Virus record (IMG/VR): IMGVR_UViG_3300033153_004031
Location: 1 to 60,989 of that record
Length of the DNA: 60,989 nt
Strand: one strand, 5' to 3'
Source: a virus
Lineage: Duplodnaviria; Caudoviricetes
Shown here piece by piece: positions 57,271 through 60,989 of the stretch (the first letter of the stretch is position 1; each line of letters begins with the position of its first letter). Under the pieces are notes generated by a model. That model saw nothing but the letters and a program-made list of their open reading frames with translations, searched no databases and was not told where the DNA came from. The translations under genes were made by a program, and so were the position numbers.

Positions 57271-58347
57271 TTAGTGTTGTGCCGCGTAAGCGGTAAGCAC
57301 CATCGCGCCGTAGTCTTTGGAATTGAAAACGCACTTCTTCATCCCAAAGATACAACCGACGGCAACGCCCTTCTTGTTTCCAGCATCCCTGCTGTACTCC
57401 GTCCAACTCATCGGAAGTTTCCCGTATGCCTTCTCATCCACCTTGTCATAGGCGGAGCCGACGGCGAACACGCCCGCCTGAGCACCCAACAGCAGATTAC
57501 GCCGCACGTTGGAAACGGGGCTGTAAATCCGGTTGGATTCGTACAGGATCATGTTCCGGTAAACGCCGAGCGAATTGGTGAAAAGCGGGTTGGATTTTCC
57601 GCGATTCGCAGCGTACTTCTGGATGGTCTCCCAAGTGGTATAACTGGAAGACGCCACGTTCAGCCGAAGATCGGTGGCGCTGTAATCGTGGAGAACCACG
57701 ATATACATTTCTTCGCCGTCGATCATCAGGGGCGGAACCATCGGGTCGATATTCTTGGCCTTCTCTTTGGCAAAGTCCAAATCGGCAAGAGCGATCTGGT
57801 CGTTGTTGCTGAGGTTGCCTTCGTCTGTGGCAATGGTTCCGGTATGGGACACATCCCCGCACACGATATAGTGATCGGAGTCAGGAGCGGTCCCAGACTG
57901 CCCATGGTTAATGGTGGTGTCGCCGCACAGGTAGCGGAACATATACTCGTCGTACTTCCGGGCGAACCAGGAAGACAGGTTCGCGCGGGCGTCCGTCCGA
58001 AGGTTGTGCAATGTCCGCTGTTGGCCCATGCGCCGCCAGGAATGAGCATTACGAAGCTGTTGGATATACACCGAATCCTGGTGATACGTCATTTCCTCTT
58101 CGTAATCCTCGATCTCATTGTCCCCAGTCACGCCAGCCCCGGAAGCCGCCATAAGCAGGTTGTAGTAGATCAGCTCGCCGGCAGACTTTTCCAGGTCGTC
58201 CTTGCGGACGATCACAGCGTTGGTGTCGTCGGCCTTCTTCCCGAGAAACTTATTGATATAAGTCTTCTCAAGAGATTCCTTAAAGGTTAAGGCCGAATAG
58301 ATTTTTACCGCTTGTGCTGAACCAGATGCAAAGGTAGTATCAGCCAT
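57271..58347 (-). CDS. Major capsid protein, N4-gp56/DUF4043-like
   Basis: DLEKSAGELI...GVTGDNEIEDYEE...QQRTLHNLRTDAR...NPLFTNSLG...LLLGAQA...GMKKCVFNSKDYG. Confidence 0.9.
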   Translation of the reverse strand: MADTTFASGSAQAVKIYSALTFKESLEKTYINKFLGKKADDTNAVIVRKDDLEKSAGELIYYNLLMAASGAGVTGDNEIEDYEEEMTYHQDSVYIQQLRNAHSWRRMGQQRTLHNLRTDARANLSSWFARKYDEYMFRYLCGDTTINHGQSGTAPDSDHYIVCGDVSHTGTIATDEGNLSNNDQIALADLDFAKEKAKNIDPMVPPLMIDGEEMYIVVLHDYSATDLRLNVASSSYTTWETIQKYAANRGKSNPLFTNSLGVYRNMILYESNRIYSPVSNVRRNLLLGAQAGVFAVGSAYDKVDEKAYGKLPMSWTEYSRDAGNKKGVAVGCIFGMKKCVFNSKDYGAMVLTAYAAQH

Positions 58348-58385
58348 ATTTTTGTTCCTCCGTTACGTTATGTATCGGCAACGGG

Positions 58386-59411
58386 TCAGATTCCTTCCTG
58401 CTCAAGTATGCGTTCCAGTTTTTCTCGTTCCGCAGGTGTCATCCGCATGATGTCTTCCGGTGTAATGTCCGGCAGATTATCTGCGGATATTTTATCTCCC
58501 ACGGCCCCGACGTTTTTGACGCTGCCTGGTCCGGCGGGTTTCCGCATGGTGGCTTTCGCCTTCTTCGGGTCTATCGCCGGTGCGGTGTTCCCTTTTGTGC
58601 TACCGGCCCTGGCGAAAGAATCCACCGCACGGGCCAGGTCGTACTTGGAGTCATACGCCCGCACCGTTCGCTCAAAGTCCACACCGGGGAACATCTTTTG
58701 AAACTCTTGTTCCACCTGTGTTCCCGCTAAGGCTTCCAGAGCAACATTCGTCGGGATTTCTCCCGGAATACCAGCCGCCTCCTGCATGGCGATCACCTGT
58801 TGGTTAATCCAGTCCGCCGCCCGTTGCAGTTTCTGATACGCCTGCGGGTAAGACTCGTCTTTTGACACCACGTCCTGAACGATCCTGTTGAACGCCCGCT
58901 CCTGTTCGTAGTAGGCTCTGGTTTGATCCAGTTCCTCCCGAATCTCCTGAACGGGCTTGTCAATGTCCCCAAGGCTTTTCTTGAGAAACTCCTTAAAGAT
59001 TTTCTCGTCCGTGACGATGTTTCCATCCTCGTCCACCTCGAATGGCAAATTGACAATCTTCTTCTGGTCGGACTTTTCTTCCCCCCCATCCGACTTCGCT
59101 CTCGCCTGTTGCAAAAGCTCCGTCAGTTGGGCGAAACGCCCGTCATGCTCCTGCCGCCGCCGACGCTCTTCCTGGATCGTTGTCAATAACCCACGGTTCG
59201 CGTTCTTTAGCTCGGCAAGCTCCGCCTTGAGTGATTCAATATCGCTCGGTGGTTCTTCTTCCCCTTCCGGTTCTTCTTCGCCACCGGCATCGTCACCTTC
59301 CGGCTCCGCAACCTTTTGAGCAGGCTCGGTTTCTTTTTCCGCAGCCTCTTCTTCTTTTTCCAGTTCTTCGAGTTCTTTTTCCAATTCCTCAGTTTCTTTG
59401 TCTTTCCCCAT
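58386..59411 (-). CDS. Capsid scaffolding protein
   Basis: Acidic N-terminus, coiled coil, C-terminal DIMRMTPAEREK; directly upstream of MCP. Confidence 0.8.
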   Translation of the reverse strand: MGKDKETEELEKELEELEKEEEAAEKETEPAQKVAEPEGDDAGGEEEPEGEEEPPSDIESLKAELAELKNANRGLLTTIQEERRRRQEHDGRFAQLTELLQQARAKSDGGEEKSDQKKIVNLPFEVDEDGNIVTDEKIFKEFLKKSLGDIDKPVQEIREELDQTRAYYEQERAFNRIVQDVVSKDESYPQAYQKLQRAADWINQQVIAMQEAAGIPGEIPTNVALEALAGTQVEQEFQKMFPGVDFERTVRAYDSKYDLARAVDSFARAGSTKGNTAPAIDPKKAKATMRKPAGPGSVKNVGAVGDKISADNLPDITPEDIMRMTPAEREKLERILEQEGI

Positions 59412-59455
59412 TTCCTTCTCCTTTCATCCGTAACGCCGACGACGCGTTCCCGGTG

Positions 59456-59509
59456 TTCCGCCCGATATTGCGGCGACCAATTTCCTTCCGCCCGTTACTG
59501 CGGCGACCA
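59456..59509. repeat. Two 24-bp direct repeats in the scaffold leader
   Basis: TTCCGCCCGwTAyTGCGGCGACCA at 59456-59479 and 59486-59509 (22/24 identical). Confidence 0.9.
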
Positions 59510-59668
59510 TAAAACACAGAAAGCCCGACCAGGGCGGCCACTACTTATGACCACCCGGATCGGGCTTCCTGATACCTAAGTGATTAGGTCAGCAAGTACC
59601 CTTGCTGTTGGGTTTTAAATTAGTTGCAAAGGATTGCTTTACAACTGGTAGTAATTAGCTACCGATAC

Positions 59669-59980
59669 TTACAATATCTGTTTAAGAAAGGGATATTTCT
59701 TTATTATTTTACTCCGGGTTTTTATTTTATCGATTCCACCTCTAAAGGGTATCCTTGGATTCGGGTCAAGTTTAATATAACTACTAACAAGCTGGTTGAA
59801 ATCCTCCCGGGCTATTTTATTGGCCAGTGGTTCATTGGCAAGTTTATTATACAACCCCTTGGGCACCCCGGTCCCCCTTACAAAAACAGATACCCTGGGA
59901 TCAGAAGGATTTGTATAACCCGCCATTTGCCTTAAATACTCTATATTGCTCATCTTGCCCAAGAATTTACTTGGCCTCAT
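59669..59980 (-). CDS. Basic hypothetical protein
   Basis: 103 aa; ATGA overlap. Confidence 0.6.
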   Translation of the reverse strand: MRPSKFLGKMSNIEYLRQMAGYTNPSDPRVSVFVRGTGVPKGLYNKLANEPLANKIAREDFNQLVSSYIKLDPNPRIPFRGGIDKIKTRSKIIKKYPFLKQIL

Positions 59981-60171
59981 AATTTTCCTCTCCCTAAAAT
60001 CTCATCCAGCTTATACACCCGCGTCCCACTTCTCTTGGTGTGGTACTTCGGGTCCCGCTTCCCAAAGATACGCTCCCACCCATCGCGGTACGCATCCTTC
60101 GTCACCCGCATGTCTTTAGCATAAAACATAGAAATCAATTTCTGCTCTTTCCACCCGGCCTTCCAAGCCAT
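59977..60171 (-). CDS. Small basic phage protein
   Basis: TKDAYRDGWERIFGK motif. Confidence 0.65.
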   Translation of the reverse strand: MAWKAGWKEQKLISMFYAKDMRVTKDAYRDGWERIFGKRDPKYHTKRSGTRVYKLDEILGRGKL

Positions 60172-60359
60172 TATCTCACAACCTCCCGGCGCTGCACTTC
60201 AACCTTTTGTATGCCGCCCTGCCCCCAATGCACCACAAGTGTAACACTCCCGGTAAACCTTGAGGACGCTATCTCTGCGATGTAGCACCTGATAAAATCA
60301 AGCAGATCATGCGGTTTCATCGGCTTCTGCTTGCTGTGCTGTTCTTGCAAGGAAGTCAA
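60171..60359 (-). CDS. Small protein reminiscent of DUF2292/YezD
   Basis: FTGSVTLVVHWGQGGIQKVEVQRRE; overlaps portal 3' end. Confidence 0.45.
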   Translation of the reverse strand: MTSLQEQHSKQKPMKPHDLLDFIRCYIAEIASSRFTGSVTLVVHWGQGGIQKVEVQRREVVR

Positions 60360-60989
60360 GCTCCTGCCCCCTTCTCGTGGTAGCTAATTGTTCCTTCTCT
60401 ATTTCGTGTCGGCGGACCGCCTTAATAGCGGACTGCTCGATCTTGGCGGAATCCACACTGGCGTCCAATCCGAGTTTGTCGGCATCGGTCTTCATCTTTG
60501 CCTGAATCTTGGCCATCTCAAGCTCGTACTGCTTCTGCGCCTGCTCCATCTGCGCCTGCTGTTGCTGCTGAATGTACTCGATCCAGTGTTGTTTCTTGCT
60601 TTCGCTGATGCTTAGGTTGTCAATCACAACCGTCGGGTCAACCGGGAACCCATACTGCAACATTTCGATATACGCCGCGTTTTCGAGCGCCTTCTTCGTC
60701 TGGCTTCCGGGCAACTCCTCAATGTCCACGTTGTATTGGATGTCTCCGAGTGCGGTCAGGTCGATGTTGGACACGTCAAAGTTCTGCCCGAGTATTTCCA
60801 TAATCTGCGCCGGTTGCATCACATTGGCAATAATAGCCAGTATCCGCCGGTACACTTCTTCATCGTGTTTTTTAAAGTTCTTGTATAACGGCCTTAGAAT
60901 TGTAACGCCCTGGCTCTGGCGCAACTGGAACACAACGCTCGATTGGTATGTATCTCCCGTGAATCCGTACAGATTTTCATTCAAGCCGG
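60307..60989 (-). CDS. Portal protein, C-terminal part
   Basis: QLRQSQGVTILRPLYKNF...YNVDIEE...Q-rich tail; in frame with 1372-1. Confidence 0.88.
   Translation of the reverse strand, partial: GLNENLYGFTGDTYQSSVVFQLRQSQGVTILRPLYKNFKKHDEEVYRRILAIIANVMQPAQIMEILGQNFDVSNIDLTALGDIQYNVDIEELPGSQTKKALENAAYIEMLQYGFPVDPTVVIDNLSISESKKQHWIEYIQQQQQAQMEQAQKQYELEMAKIQAKMKTDADKLGLDASVDSAKIEQSAIKAVRRHEIEKEQLATTRRGQELDFLARTAQQAEADETA
60945..60989. repeat. Terminal 45-bp exact direct repeat (circular assembly overlap)
   Basis: Identical to 1-45. Confidence 0.97.

Noticed and set aside
57161-57406. Frameshift extension of the major capsid protein
   Set aside because: No clear slippery site; the alternative frame is not protein-like and does not join the next gene in frame.
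59456-59509. Mini CRISPR array
   Set aside because: Only two repeats separated by 6 bp, no spacer-length sequence, no cas operon.
1-60989. Genome-wide TAG reassignment (alternative genetic code)
   Set aside because: TAG ends many genes naturally (terL, the DVPF-tailed 14045-14341, 47508-48182, 9181-9330); readthrough would create implausible fusions; long core genes show no internal TAG.

Overview
This window looks like a complete, circularly assembled ~60.9 kb tailed dsDNA phage genome of podovirus-like architecture; bases 1-45 are repeated exactly at 60945-60989 and the portal gene reads through the junction. A plus-strand early/replication block (~7544-24619) encodes a PD-(D/E)xK nuclease, an annealing-type recombinase, a Prim-Pol/ATPase replication protein with an internal iteron-like cluster, a resolvase, many small accessory genes and an atypical tRNA-like element. 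A minus-strand late block (7167 leftward through the junction to 24790) encodes TerS, GpA-type TerL, a P22-like portal, scaffold, N4-gp56-like capsid, tail and ejection proteins, a large polyvalent protein, a lysis region and accessory enzymes. I recognised no integrase, CI-type repressor, DNA polymerase or CRISPR array. The NrdD-type glycyl-radical mini-protein and sigma-54 control suggest an anaerobic, probably Desulfobacterota-like host (inference). Most notable observations: (1) a complete sigma-54 enhancer-dependent promoter (-24/-12 box, IHF site, three palindromes) at the head of the early operon with no phage-encoded activator seen; (2) a YkgJ/CxxCxxCC protein and a Cys-rich unknown protein embedded in the head operon; (3) a C5 methyltransferase with motif IX in a nested alternative frame; (4) genes interrupted by in-frame TAG; (5) a promoter-terminator sRNA partly resembling a type I-F CRISPR repeat; (6) attC-like remnants; (7) structured RNA elements in the late operon. 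All family assignments come from reading motifs by eye; no searches were run.
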